NCBI RefSeq assembly: GCF_036321535.1
Contig: NC_087437.1
Coordinates: 9,550,001 to 9,614,000 of the forward strand
Reading direction: 5' to 3'
Length of the DNA stretch: 64,000 bases
Source of the DNA: Camelus dromedarius
Taxonomy: Eukaryota
Positions 12,241-25,945 of this stretch are shown here, piece by piece. Under the pieces are notes generated by a model that had not been told where the DNA came from, made no database searches, and saw nothing but the letters and a program-made list of their open reading frames with translations. Position 1 is the first letter of the stretch. Each line of letters begins with the position of its first letter. The translations under genes and the position numbers were made by a program.

Positions 12241-12509
12241 GGTCACAGATGGACTCAGTAAAGTCTGTCTCCCTTTTCTTTATTTTATGCATTAATATTT
12301 TATTCATTTTAGCTATAACAGCCATAAGTGAAGAATTCAGAATACAGTGAAAAGCAGCATATATAAAGCGCCACCTATAAATGCTTTGGGTATATTTTTC
12401 CATTTTAAGATACTCCTGTTTCCCCATTTGGGCATCTTTGAAGCTGATGATGTATCATAATAGTGCATCTTAGGGCTGATAACATCTTCGGTTCAGTGAA
12501 CTATGACAA

Positions 12510-12690
12510 GTGATGTCATCTTCTCAGCAAATCTATAAAGGAGGTACCGTTTTTAGTCCCATCTTATATTTGAGGAAAGTGAAGCACCAGGGGAGCTTAA
12601 GTAACTTAATCTGATAGATCTAGTAAAGAGGAGAGCTGCGATTTAAGTGCAAGCAATCTGGTTCTAGACTCAAATCCTCAATTACTATGG
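12510..12690 (-). mobile_element. MIR
   Basis: CCCATCTTATATTTGAGGAAAGTGAAGCAC..TTAAGTAACTT MIR core. Confidence 0.7.
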
Positions 12691-12799
12691 GATGTAGTCT
12701 CGTGGACCCACTTAGATATGATTCAAGTGACAATTGAACAAACCCTCATAAGAAACTGCCACTGCCAGTTTCAGGTATAGCCCATCAGTATGAAAAAGG

Positions 12800-13120
12800 G
12801 CATTAATATGTTAATAGAAAATACATCATATTCTGTGTATTTTTACAGATGAGTGTATCCTACTGTGCAAATATTCATATTTTACTTTCATCATTCAATA
12901 GTAATTTTGCATGGGGTCCTTTTTTACTTGTTAACTTCCTTCTTAACTGCTGTATAGTATTCTATCACACAGATGGGCATGTATGTGATTTTCATGTTTA
13001 TACAAGTATAAACAGCCCTGTAATGAAATGTTTAAATAGTCTCATTTACACAAATTATTGTCTAGATAGACATCACGAATCATAATTACTGGGTCATGGA
13101 TACCCTTCTATTAGCTTTTT
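12800..13120 (-). mobile_element. Old L1ME-type 3' fragment
   Basis: Degenerate TTCCTTCTTAACTGCTGTATAGTATTCTAT..GATGGGCAT..TAATTACTGGGTCATGG. Confidence 0.45.
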
Positions 13121-14502
13121 AAGAAGATGTAAATATTTTAGCTATGATACACCAAACCTCTCATATTGCACTTTGTTCCTAAAATCAGCAAGTTATTTGC
13201 AATGATATATTAGAACAGTTATTTCTTAAACTCCCTTGTGTTATGCAGAGAATCCTTTGTAATACCATTTTTATTTAGATTCAGACACACCCTAAAAATA
13301 TTTTGTATAAAAAACTCTGTTGATTTGAAGATCAGAGGGTTAGGACGAGACTTACTGCCAAGAGTAGTCTCCTGTGATATACTACCAGAATAAAAATAGG
13401 TCCCCGTGTGATTTCTCATCACTCAAACCCCTCTCAAATTTGTAAAACAACTTAAAGACGGCACCATTTTGCTTGTCACAAATGACACTAACAAGGATCA
13501 GATGATTAGATAATTTACCTCTCATTGGACCAAGAAAATTATAAATGGGGGAAAAAATCCTGTTTGTCATATCCTTCCAGGGCAATGAGTTTAGTCCTCT
13601 TGACTCCAAAGTGTTGGTTTTCATGAATTATTTCTGCCACACTGCAGTGGCGTCTGAAAGACAGAATGTGTACTCAAGAGAGGACGTGCAAGATCTGTTT
13701 ATTCCCATCCCTGGATTAGAAGGCTGGCTCTCAGCTACTTTTACAGATGCTTCTTGTCTGTGTTCTTAATATGGCTGTTTGGCATCCAGTAAAGTTATGT
13801 CATTGTAACACCTAGTATGAATAGCAGGGCTGGGATCTTGAAATGGTATACGCTTCTGTGTACTCACGGATCCGCTCTAAACCAACTTTTCTTCAAAGGC
13901 AGGAAACTATTAAGGTGAATTTATAAACTGAAGTATCAAGTCCTTCACACACTCTCTAAATATGACACTTTGCTCACAGCTGGTGTAACTCACAGAAGCA
14001 CTTCACTTAAAAAATAAAGAGTCACATAGTTTAGGAATCACAAAACCCAACAGAAATAGCTGTCTCTGAGGCACATCTAAAAGGGCACCAGAGGGTCCTC
14101 ATTTGGAAAGTTGCTTACAAACTTCAGCACCAGGGAACGCATGAATGTACAAGGCTTTAGCTGGTTTCATTTCGTTATCCCTTTGCTCTTACTATGGGCA
14201 GAGGGGAGGCAAGTTGACAATCTTTCCTCCTTCTTGATGTCTTGACCTTTCAAGGAAAACAAACAAGTAGGAGAGCAAACCCCTCCCCCATACTCCCTTG
14301 AACCCTTAAATCAGTCCACTTTGGTTTGGCCAAGTTGGCAGTGATAAAGCTAATAAATTGAACAATCTTTAAAGACGTAAGAAATACTACAGGTGTGCTC
14401 ATCGCATGTGCATCAAGCCACTGAAAGCACTTCAAATGGGCACACGGCTTTCCACGCCAGCCCTCTTTAAAGGCTCCAGAAGTATAAAAATGACTGTGAC
14501 AG

Positions 14503-14667
14503 AGTGATTCTGCTCCTTAAAATGCGGTCTGGACTAGCGACATCAGCCTCACCTGTGAGCTTGTTAGAACTACAGACGCCGCGGACCGATTCCGGAACTC
14601 GTAAATCAGGATTTGCACTGTAACAAGGTCCCCTGATTCTCATACGTTGAAACTGAAGACACATTGC
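14503..14667 (-). mobile_element. MER5A/MER5A1-like MITE
   Basis: AATGCGGTCTGGACTAGCGACATCAGCCTCACCTGTGAGCTTGTTAGAA..TAACAAGGTCCCC. Confidence 0.7.
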
Positions 14668-16205
14668 TCCACACTATAGAGCCAGAAATAATTCTGTTTT
14701 TAATGTTCGTTAGGCCAAGTACATGAGAAATTGTCACACCAGGTTTTGCTTAGCTAATTAGGTGACCTTTTTAAATAAAAAGCACAGCTCATTGGAAACT
14801 TTCCCAGTTTCTCCACTTTGTCCTCAAAAAAGGTGTGGGGGGAGCCTTTAGATGAAGGTAAAAACTGATTAGGAAAATCCTGCTTATGGTGTTTGTGGAG
14901 AATGGAGTACCATTTAACAGTTCTCACTATTTAACGAAATCCTCATTTAAAGATAATTCTGAAAAAACACTATTTATGGTTATTTGGAGGGGCAGATTTA
15001 TGCTCTGTCTCCTACCATATTGAAGAAGTGTTGTAAGAAAACACCATACATCATCTATGGGTTAGTTTTTATTTATAAAAGACCATTATTTCATCCTTTG
15101 GTACAGATTTATAACAATATCTTACCTCTTTATCTTCTCATCAACACTCTACTTTTTATTTTATAATCATTTGTTCTACAAGAATTAATCCAAGGTGGAA
15201 AAGTCAAATTGACTTTAAAGTTAGAAATAGGCATTAATAACATGAAAATAATGGTTTTTTAATCTTTAAAAATAAACTAACAAACTCCTTTTTCCTCCAT
15301 AAAAAGAAAAATAAAACTGGTTTTTTTTTTTCCCAATGAGATAGTGTGTAGCCAAACTGATCATGTTACTTCCATACTCTGTCTTCATTTTCCCATCTAA
15401 AAAATGAGGAGGTTTTACCTCACCATGAGGTTTCAGAATACACATTCACATATTTTTAAAAAATTGTGGTTATATGATTCTACCATTTATTCTCAGTCAT
15501 GCTATTTCACAATATGAGCCACACATACAGTTTAGTGGAATTTCCAAAGATTCCTGAAACTTGACATGGCACAAGTTTAAATAAATTTACTGGAAATAAT
15601 GAGAAATGGGTTTTTGGTGATGCACGATGCTTTCTGCAGAGAAAAATAAAGCGTATTGACTACAAAAATGAAAGTCATTTCATTTTGATTGTGTTTCATC
15701 AGATTGTTGCACATATAAGGGTAGAATTTATATACGTGGAAAACGCGATTGCTTATTAAAGCAATGCATTTCTATCATCATCTCTGAGGTGCTCCCAGCA
15801 GCTAATGAAGGCTGAACCACAGGTGAGAACAATTGGTCTCAGACTGAGACGTGCTACACCATCTCTCCCATTTCACCATCCTCAGCAGGAAATCATAGCT
15901 ACTAGGTCAAATTTCTTGTCTTTCAAAGGGAATCAAATTCATGTGCCATTTTATGGTAGCTTCAGTGCATGTTAATGGAGGAATGCTAAGGCTCAGTGTT
16001 GACATATAATAAAAGACACACGGTCATGAGGTGGGGGTTCTACAGAGGGGTAAAGATGACTGAGAGCCGGTTACCTGATTGCTTGTGACCATTTTGCAAG
16101 AAAAAAATAGCATTGCTAAATTAAACACTTAATAAAACCATTACTATGAATTATTAATATTATTTGGGCAAAATGTAATTTACCCATGCAAAAATGACCC
16201 TGTCA

Positions 16206-16390
16206 TACAGGCAGTCTACAGGCAATCTACAAGTTATGAACACAGTGTTCTAAAAACATCCTTTTTAAGTTGGCTGCTTGGAACCTGAAATTTATTTTCC
16301 CATAGAAATTGTGTTTTAAATGATAATTATATTTTCTGGTCAAATCAGAAAATTCTTCTCAACCCAAATGTTGCTAAACCGAAATTATCA
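16206..16390 (+). mobile_element. TcMar-Tigger-like DNA transposon fragment
   Basis: TA + CAGGCAGTC.. terminus (duplicated) and TTTTCCCATAGAAA motif typical of old Tiggers. Confidence 0.4.
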
Positions 16391-16592
16391 GGCATTTAGT
16401 ACAGAGTGCCTTGAAAATCAGTAGATAAATCTGAAAGTAGCACTACTGAAGGAAAACACTCCTTTATTGTTATTACTTTCTGAGTTTCCCTCCTAGTGTC
16501 TTTATTCTGTATCTGTGTTTCTAACCCATAGTTATCCCCTGAAATAGTTCTGTGACCTTGACCCAGATATTAAGCTGGTTCTTGACCCTGGC

Positions 16593-17410
16593 TTGTGGTG
16601 TGTTGGAGCTTGTACTAGTCCACAGGAACTAATTTTTAAATTTTTAGGAATTTTGCATGCCAGCTGTACCAAGCCAATATTAAAAATGAGATTATATATT
16701 CTTACAATTAAATTATATTAAAAACAAAGGTAACAAGTGGTTGGAACTCATCAGTTCTTAATTATTTTAGTATATTTTACTGTGTCTGTTCTATTGAGGT
16801 TATTGGTGTATATTGTGTCTGTCTAGTGGAAACACTACATGATGGGGTGGTACCGAACATCTCTCTCCATCCAATTGTAGGACCAGCAGCATCATGTTGG
16901 TAGCATGAAATCAGCCAGGATGGGAAGATGTACACCACAGACACTAGCCAACACTGCCAATCAAGGATCGATTCCTTTGATTGGTGATCTCTAGGTGAGA
17001 GAAAAAGATTTTAAGGAATTAGTTTGCATGAGCATAGAGGTTTGGTAAACCCAAAATCTACAGAGGGTAGACCCACAGTCTGGAGAACCAGGGAAGAGAC
17101 CAAAAGAAGCAGCCTGGCAGAATTCCTCCTTGCGGGAGGACGGTCCATCACTGTTTCTATTAAGGCCTTCAACTAACTGGGTAAGGCCCACCCACAATAT
17201 AGACACTGATCTGCTTTATTCAAAGTCCACTGACTTAAAGGAACATCTCATCCAAGAAAGCATCTTCACAGAAATATCCAGAATAACACTGACCAAGTAT
17301 CTGGGTGCCATGGGCCAGACAAAATGACACATAAAGTTAACCACCACATACATAAATACATGATTTTTTTTCCTTGAAGTGCCATTTAAATATTGCCCAG
17401 CACACACCAA
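16593..17410 (+). mobile_element. MER63-like hAT-Blackjack element split by an MLT2 LTR
   Basis: GTGGTGTGTTGGAGC..AATTATATTAAAAACAAAGGTAA..TTGGTAGCATGAAATCAGCCA; the 3' terminus (TTTAAATATTGCCCAGCACAC) reappears at about 17380-17410. Confidence 0.75.
16985..17348 (-). mobile_element. MLT2-type (ERVL) LTR
   Basis: AGGCCTTCAACTAACTGGGTAAGGCCCACCCACA..CAAAATGACACATAAAGTTAACCACCACA. Confidence 0.85.
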
Positions 17411-20120
17411 ACCTGGCCCGCCCCCTGCCCTGCACATCCTCTAGACATCCCCTTGTTTCATCACACTGTTCAGCGTCCTACTTCTACTTTGAAGGCACAG
17501 CTGGAGGGTGGGTGAAGCTCCTCTCTCCTAGGGGTCATGGTGTCTATGGGGTCACACTCAACTCACTGCATCATGGTTGTGGATGTAGTGGCTGGATCTG
17601 GGTGGGGCTGGTGCATGGAGTGGGGAGAAGGAGGAAGAACCTTTATGCAGAACTGAGCAACCTTTGAAGGTGAGTTATCTGCATTTGGATCCTCTCACCC
17701 TCCTCTCTGAGCACTGCCCTCTCTCACTGATGTCCCTGTCACTAGCTCTGGATTTTATCCTTTCTGAACAGATATGGCTTCTGGTAGAAGTGTGAGAGAT
17801 GGCTCAGAAAAACCATAGCAATTTGTGCCACTTTGAGCCTGTGCAGGCCTCGTCTTGTTAAGTTGTAGAATGCTTCCTTGTCTGGATTGAATTGGAGTGC
17901 AATTACACAAAGAAATGGAAACATGAACAGCCAATACTTATGTATGGAATTCTCTCTGGTTTACATTTGGCAAAGACTATAATAAGTTGATGAGATCCGA
18001 GTTCAAATGCATGAGTACCCCTGGCCCTGAAAAAGCACGTCGAACAATGAGTTGTGTATGTGTCTTTTTTTAATAGTTCTTCCTACATAATGGCGTTAAC
18101 TTAACCTTTAGCTGTGGTCATGATTGGATCCACAGTGTCCCTGTGGGTCCCCTACAGGCATATTCTTTCATTCACGTGTGTGGGCCACCTGGCTAGAACG
18201 TCTGTCTCCCCATTTGATGCCAGACTTTTTTCAAAAGACTTGACAAGTGCTCCTTCCCTTCCTTGCCTCTCCAAGGATGTCCCTCCAGAAGCATTTATTG
18301 ACTCTTTCTTATGGACATTTCAAGTGGCACCACTGCCTCATTGGAGGAAAGAATTGGTCCCTGCCCTCTGGAATTGGGGGGGTGGGCATCACATACAAAT
18401 TATTTTGGGGCAACTTTTACAACGACAAAATTTTAACTTAGGTTTTTGTATTTGTAGACTCTCAATTGTGGAGTGACAATTTATTTCACGTATTGAAATG
18501 TCACAAAAGATGTTTAATTTTTGTGGAGTTAGTCTGAAACACCAGAGTTTTTTTTCTGAGTGTGCCCTTTAGCTATCTACTACCAATAAGTGATTCTAAC
18601 ATTTTAGAAACCATTCAAGGAGGCATAACTGTGCTGTTTAATGGCATAGTTTAGACAAAAAATGATATTATGGAATGAAGAAACAATACTTGTGCATGGA
18701 GGATTTACAGCAAAAACAACAGCAACAAATAAAACTTTAAAGTCTTATAAATTGAGTAGCCTGATAAGTGCTATAGAAATAAACATAAACAAGGATTATG
18801 TTTTAGTTTTTAAGAAACATTTTTATAACAATTATGTATCAGCTGCCGCATGTTGGGGAAACAAAAATTGAAAACACAGATTGTAGTTGCTCCCCTGCAA
18901 GTTGTTTAGGGACAAAACTGTGTGATAAAAACAATAATAAAATAAGTAATATGAATAATAACCATTCAGGAAGGGGAATAGGGAAATTTTAAATTTTTAA
19001 TCATTTAACAAAGTGGTTAAAACTTGGCCTAGGCTTTGATGATTTCTAAATAAAAAATGTATAGAAAAGTTACTTCTAAGATGCCTATTACCGTATCCTC
19101 TATTCCCAGGACCAACACAAGGAATGGAAGAGAGGGGGACAAAAGCATGACTAATAAATTGATAAAATGATTTAAAATGTTGCCTTTTAAAACTTACAAC
19201 AGAATGTTTCCAGATGGATGATATATTTCAACTGAAAGCATATTACTATATTATAAAATAACAAGTATTTAATGAAGCAAATTATATCACAATGAATAAA
19301 ATTACTTTGAAAACACAGAGCTGAAATGATCAAGGATTTACTTCCCTTTCATTTTTCTCCTTTTAGTGAAACTCAATCATCGCTCCTCTTTTTTGAGAGA
19401 CAGTCTTCTCAAATGTTTTTTAATCCTAGTAGGTAATTCTTCCTCCATTGTCTAGATTGTTAAATGTTTGTATCAAAAATAATAGATCAAAATTGTCTGG
19501 CTTCAGAAATGTTCATTAGGTAGTTAAATAACAATATGGGATTGAGGAAAGTGAGCTAGTATGCACCTTTAGATTTGGAAGTGATTAGAGGGGGGAAAAA
19601 AAACCTTTTAGATTGGGTTAGACTGCAAAGAGAAAAAGGAAAAAAAAAAAAAAAAAAAAAAGCTGGTGCCAAGGAAGAAACCTGAAGGCCACAGGCATTT
19701 CATAAGGGTTAGAGGAAGAGGCGCTTTTGGCAGGAGGTAAAGACAACAGGAAAGGGAAGAGGTCAGAGAACACGAGGTAAGAGTTTTAAGAAGAAGGAGC
19801 TAGAAGCTGCGGATTTGCCCTTGAAGGCCTGTCTGCAAGGGCAGGAACACCTCGAGAGCAGGAAGATGGAAGGAAGGGAGGCCGGACAACCTGGCCTGAA
19901 TCAGAACTCTAACCAACCCGATTGTGGGACTTTATTGGGACAAACCCTTCCCGCGGGCCCTCACAAAATCAAGATGGCTTTTAATGCCAGCCAGGTATTC
20001 AGAAACGCATCTTACAATGGTGGCAATCAAGCAGGACTCGGTTGCTTCTTAACTTTCTTCTACTGGAGGTAGAACGTGGGAACATACAGAAGGTTTTTGG
20101 TTTTTTCCCTCATGTCACAG

Positions 20121-20571
20121 TGGGCGTTCCCTTCCTAGCCTGCCATAACAGAGTCCCACAGACTGCGTGGCTAGAACAATGGAAGTTTGCCGTCTCAGAG
20201 TTCTGGGGGCGGGAGTCTGTGATCAAGGTCTCAGCAGGACCCTGCTCCTTCTGAGGACACCAGGGAAGAGTTTGTCCCAGGCCTCCTTTCTGGCTCTTCT
20301 GGGAATACCCAGGCGTGTGGCAGCATAACTCTTCATGTGGCAACCGTGCGTCTGTGTGTGTGTATGAAATTGTGTCCAAATTTCCCCCTTTTGAACAAAA
20401 ACACGAATCCTATTGGATCAGGACCCACCCTGATGACTTCATTTTGACTTAATTACCTCTTTATAAGGCCTTATCTCCAAATAAGGTCACATTGTGATGT
20501 CCAGGCAGTTAGAATGCCAATGCATTTTTAGGGGGTCAGTGAGGGGGGGGATCATATTTAACCCATTATAC
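20121..20571 (-). mobile_element. MLT1B/C-like MaLR LTR
   Basis: TGCCATAACAGAGTCCCACAGACTGCGTGGCT..CCTTATCTCCAAATAAGGTCACATT..ATTTAACCCATTATA. Confidence 0.85.
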
Positions 20572-20639
20572 CTGACAAGTCCTAATTTTTGAATATGCAG
20601 ATTATATAAACAATGGAGGAAATAATCGATGTAGAGTGG

Positions 20640-20856
20640 AATGGAAAACCCATAATCTCTTGCTCTGTTCTGCTAAACAGTCTTGAAAAACATAGCATAC
20701 CCTCGGGCGTGACATCTCATTCCCTTGGTCACATTCTATGGTTAGAAACAGGTCACAGATCCTATTCCCACTCCAATGGAAGGGCTTACACAGTGGTGAG
20801 AACACCAGGAGGTAGGAACACTTGGAGGCCATGCACGTCAGGGTCTGTCTGCCACA
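20640..20856 (-). mobile_element. MLT1E/F-like MaLR LTR 5' part
   Basis: Reverse complement begins TGTGGCAGACAGACCC..CCTCCTGGTGTTC..CTGTGACCTGTTTCTAACCATAGAATGTG. Confidence 0.75.
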
Positions 20857-21589
20857 GCTGCAACAGGGAGTCCTCAGTGAGTAACCAGTTCATGAAGCTG
20901 ATTTTAACTGGATCTGACTATTCCCTCATCCTCCTATAATTATTAATAAATATCTCCACTTCCTGTTGACCGCCAATCACGTTGGCTGTACTCATCCCAG
21001 TGGGTGGGGAAAACATGGTTTCAGTGGCCCCTGTTACAACCTTCTATTAAAAACAAAACCCAAAATAGCCGAGCACAGAATAGTCCATCAAGGGACACTT
21101 GTAAATCAAATAAAAAAAGGTATTTCCAAAACAAAACCTTAATCGTCTTAAAAGAATAAAAGTTCGGCATCAAGGAGACAAATGTGCAGATAAAACAGAA
21201 AGCCCACCAAACGTTAGTCTTCTCTTACCGAATCCCATCATCTTAGGCAGTTTCTAGAGAAAGTTCTTCCAGGTTGTTCAGAGGCAACAATGAACATTAA
21301 ATGGAAGTCTCTGATGAGGGGTGTCTAACCGCACATCATTTGCTAGGGTTAGGCACATAGTGTTCTAACTCCCCTTCACAGAAAGTGCAGGGGCAGTGAA
21401 CTGGAGACATAGTTAGCGAAGGAAGAGAAATTCATTTTGAGACCTCGAAGCACAGATTCCAAGAAAGGGTATGACTGGTTCAAATACCCCTTCCTCAGAA
21501 GGGTCTCCGCAACCGTCCTGATTAGAATGCCGCCCCAACTTTCACCTTTCGCCTTTCAACTCCATACCCTGTCGTTTTTTCCCTGGAAG

Positions 21590-21745
21590 TCTTTATCAGG
21601 ACCAGATACTATAGTATGTGATTATTATCTTTTTTCCTAACCGGAAAGTAAATGCTGTTAAGTATGGGCTTTGTCTGTTTCACCTGTGTGTGTCCAGTGC
21701 TGAGAACAGAGTAACACACAAGAAACACAAATGTTCACTGAAGAA
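21590..21745 (+). mobile_element. L2 3' end
   Basis: GGGCTTTGTCTGTTTCACCTGTGTGTGTCCAGTGCTGAGAACAG. Confidence 0.55.
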
Positions 21746-22348
21746 ACCAGTGCTATGACTTCATGGCACCAGCAAATAATCAGCTAATGTTCTACCCAAG
21801 TGGTTGAATCAATCTGAAATCAGGTTGAGACGTCTTGAAATTCTCTAATTATCTGAGATACAAATTAACAAGGTTTTATCCCACTCTTAGCATTACTAAA
21901 TGGTAATAAATCTAAAATTCTGAAGACTCAGTAAGTTTCTGTCTGTTTAAAAACTATACCTATTCCCCAAATTCAGAAATTCAAAGAAGTCTGTGATCCG
22001 TCATTGATGTGGTTTAGAAAAAGTCCACTCTCTGTTGAATAGCCTTTTGAAATAGAGATCTAAGCTGATCACAACATACTAAAACCAAAGAATACTACCA
22101 ACAGCAACAAAGATACCATCCTCCAGGTGTGTATGCAAAATATCCATTTTCATTCAACTGTATCATATATGGTATCGATTCATTTCACGGGCGACTGAAA
22201 TTTACTTTAAAAATTAAGTACCAATACCTGTCTCATGGGGTAGGAAGTAATCTGAATGAAAATACTACCAAAAAAAAAGAGGGGGGTAATTAAAACACCC
22301 GGAAAGGCACTTTATCCTAATAACTAAAATGGAAGAAGCTAAGTTTTT

Positions 22349-22375
22349 AGAGAGAGAGAGAGAGAGAGAGAGAGA
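22349..22375. repeat. (GA)n microsatellite
   Basis: Perfect AG run. Confidence 0.95.
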
Positions 22376-22952
22376 TGCTTACCTAAATTTCTCAGGCCCT
22401 GTAGTTTACAGCCTGGAAAACCCACAGTGTCAGGGATATGGTGGTTCAGCAAAAAAACCTCAAGGGAAAAACCATAGTAAATGATGGCCTCAGGGTTGCT
22501 CAAATAAATTCCTCAAGGAATCTCTAAGGACGTAGCAATCCAGAAACATCATTCTCAGAAGGCTTGTGCTTCACTCAGTGTTGCTTCACCAAATAGACTT
22601 GTTTTTGCTTTGCTCTCATTAGAGTTAAAAATCTTATCATCCCTACTGACATATTATCCTGACTTTGGTAAAACTCTTGTGACTATAAGCATGACTTCTC
22701 TCAAAATACACTTGAAAAAACATCAAGATTAAGATATGTTGGTTTTCTTCCACAACGAGAGCCCTGTTTATATTCAGAGGAGCTAAACATAGGTCTTTAA
22801 TGGATTTTAAATTTAAGTTTAATTTCATTTAAAAGACACCCTCTCTTCATGAACGTTCCTCCTCCTCTTACCTCAGCTAGTCCATGACCCCCGAGGTTAA
22901 TTTCCCAAAACTATTTATTTGCACCGCAGTGTCAAGTCCAGCAGTGAAAAAT

Positions 22953-23186
22953 CAGGGTTTCTCTAACCACAGGTTGTGACCAATTTGTGGATTGTGAAAT
23001 CAGTTTATCGCTTCATGTCTTGTAACATGACACAGAGCAGGATAGAGTGCAAAGTATCAGAGTACATGGTAAGCGGTAAACCCAAGAACTTTTTGAAAAT
23101 GTTTTCATTGTGTGTATCTACATTTGGTCCCATGTAAAACGTGCTTTTTAGAAGAGATTTGAATCATAAAAGTTTGAAAAACTGTG
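22953..23186 (+). mobile_element. MER112-like hAT MITE followed by a MIR (about 23190-23320)
   Basis: GGTTGTGACCAATTTGTGGATTGTGAAATCAGTTTA..TATCAGAGT..AAAAGTTTGAAAA. Confidence 0.65.
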
Positions 23187-23589
23187 GAACAGGGAAAAGA
23201 ATGGAAGTTAGAGGCAAATATCCCTAGCCTGAATGCTGGCTCTACCACTCGCTGTTTGACATTGACTACATAACCTCTGGGAGCCTCAAATTTCTCATCT
23301 AAAATGGTGGTGATAATTCCAGGTGGTGAAATGGAAAAATATTGGTAGATTTAGAATCACCTTGAACATGAGACAGAGCAAATTCGATTGACATCATATC
23401 TCATCCACGTCTGCTTTTATCACAGAGAGGCCTCATTCCAAATGTGAATTGTATGTCTATGAAAGTGAGGGAGATCTGGAACAAAATTTTAAACACTGGT
23501 AATACCGACAAGCAAAAAAGATGTCTTGTTCATTGCAGACAGGAACCTGAAATTTTTTTAAAGAGCTATCATTTGATTTAATGTTTTAC

Positions 23590-24145
23590 TTTTTTTTTTT
23601 TTAATTGAAGTAGTCAGTTACAATGTGTCAATTTCTGGTGTACAATACAATGTTCCAGTCATACATATACATACATATATTAATTTTCAGATTCTTTTTC
23701 ATTAAAGGTTATTACAAGATATTGAGTATAGTTCTCTGTGCTATACAGAAGAAATTTGTTTTTTATTAATCTACTTTTATATATATTGGCTAACATTTGT
23801 AAATCTCATACTTCCAAATTTATCTTGTCCCACCCCCTTTCCCCTGGTAACTATAAGATTGCTTACTATGACTGCAAGTCTGTTTCTGGTTTGTAGATGA
23901 GTTCTTTAGTGTCCTCTTTTTTTTCTTTTTTTAGATTCCACATATGAGTGATATCATATGGTATTTCTCTTTCTCTTTCTGGCTTACTTCACTTAGAATG
24001 ATGACCTGTAGGTCCATCCACGTTGCTGCAAATGGCAATATTTTATTCTTTTTTATGGCTGAATAGTATTTCATTGTATAAATATACCATAGCTTCTTTA
24101 TCTAGTCATCTGTTGATGGACATTTAGGTTGCTTCCTTGTCTTAA
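23590..24145 (-). mobile_element. 5'-truncated lineage-specific L1 3' end
   Basis: Poly-T, AATTGAAGTAGTCAGTTACAATGTGTCAATTTCTGGTG, TTAGATTCCACATATGAGTGATATC (ORF2 stop region). Confidence 0.9.
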
Positions 24146-25442
24146 GCCAACTGACTTTTAATTGGTGTCCAACATGATCCTGTTTTATGATACTGGACTG
24201 TGGTCCAGGAGCTAGCACAAGAGATATGCACAAGTGAGGCATGATCTCCATGAATGATATTTTAAAAGGCTAAACAATAAATAACTTGGCATTTATATGA
24301 AATAGCAAAAGTCTTTAAATGTTTTCATGGGTCCTCAGATAATTTAGCTCATTGAATATTTCTCCACTGACCTCATTCCAATGAGTTATCTTGAGAAGTC
24401 CAACTGAAATGCTGCCCAGAAAGGGACCACTGATAATGTCCCAAAGGTTGAAAGTTGCTTTATAAGAAAACTTTTATACGGAGAGCTGACAGCAATTGGA
24501 ATTCTGGTTGTCAGGTCTAGAACTTAGAGAGTTAATAACGAGACATTCCCCATTTTTTCGAAGCCACTGTTACAAATTCTAGTCCCTTTGCCAAGGAATC
24601 ATCAGTTTCTATTCTGTGCAGATTTTCAATAAGAACATCCCTTGAGACGGAATTCATTTTTTGATTTTATCATCCAAAAAGAAAATTATTTTGATTGTAC
24701 AAGCTGCATATCAATCTAAAGATAATCACTGTCTTAGGTAATTTACAAAAGCAATTTTTTAATATATTTGAAACTTTCAGCTGCACTTAGCTAGTTCTGA
24801 AAGATCCAGTGATGGAATATTTGTATGTGTGTCTCTAATCAATTAGATATGTTTTGCATTTCTTAAAACCTCTAAAATTTCTGAACTTGCATAACATGTG
24901 TATTAAATCATATTTAAAATTGCCTTCATCTAGGGAATTTCTGATCTCCTTTTGAACACTATAACAAGAGTAACAAAAGCTTCATATCCATAATAATTAA
25001 TTAAAATGAAAAAAAAGTCAGGCCACTAAGTTCATAATGAACCATTCCAAATATGAATACTGTCTTAAGAACTGGTATGTCATAATTAATTGGTCTATTC
25101 ATCTAATATCACGGCTTAGAAAACATGCTTTTAAAAAAAATAAGTTGAAAGATTATACTACCATAAATGCAAAGAAAAACTGTTGAACTAATGCTTCAAG
25201 CCAAAAACACTCCTGATTTTTGGATTTCCTATTTCTTTCCCATTTGCTTTCTCCCTTTTCTAGAAACATAACTTGTCTTTGTGGTAAAACAAACTTGAAG
25301 CTTTATCTGATTTCCTTTAGGATTACAGAGTGGTTACTATTTTAGAACTCACTTTATTTTAAATTTAAAGATCTACATTTTAATTATTTTTAAGTAGTAG
25401 ATTTTGTGAGTGGTAATAATTCTCTAAATCCATGGTATATGG

Positions 25443-25459
25443 GCTCCCTCCAGTGGCTA
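25443..25459 (-). promoter_or_regulatory. Possible CTCF motif
   Basis: Minus strand TAGCCACTGGAGGGAGC versus consensus TGGCCACCAGGGGGCGC; a GC island in AT-rich flanks. Confidence 0.3.
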
Positions 25460-25627
25460 ATTTAGCATCCACGAATCTCTCGAAATGGCCATTTTAAACT
25501 AATAAGCTGATTTAAGCAATGATCAGCCATCGTTTCAAAATTTCTGAGTTTCAATCTAATGATAAGTATCAGTGAACACAAAGCCATACACTGTTCATCT
25601 ATTTATTCATTTAACAAGAAATGGCAG

Positions 25628-25933
25628 ACATAGTAAATAATCTCATGGTTACCAGGGGAAAGGGGGACAGAAGGGATAAATTAGGGAGTTTGAGGGTTTG
25701 CAAATGTTAGCTGCTACATATAAAAATCGATTAAAAAACCAAATTTCTTCTATATGGCACAGGGAACTATTTCAAGATCTTGTAGCAACCTATAAGGAAA
25801 AAGAACCTGAAAACGAATATATGTATGTATATGCATGACTGGGACACTGTGCTGTGTGCCAGAAATTGACATATTGTAACTGACTATGCCTCAATAAAAA
25901 ATACTACTTCTTTGAATTTTTTTTAAAAAAAGA
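25628..25933 (+). mobile_element. L1 3'UTR fragment with target-site duplication
   Basis: TSD AAGAAATGGCAG (25616-25627) / AAGAAATGACAG (25934-25945); AATAAA and A-rich tail. Confidence 0.9.
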
Positions 25934-25945
25934 AAGAAATGACAG

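Noticed and set aside
12002..12427. 141-aa minus-strand ORF
   Set aside because: No recognisable domain or coding-like composition; a length attainable by chance in 64 kb
18114..18476. 120-aa plus-strand ORF
   Set aside because: Non-ATG start, no recognisable homology or splice structure
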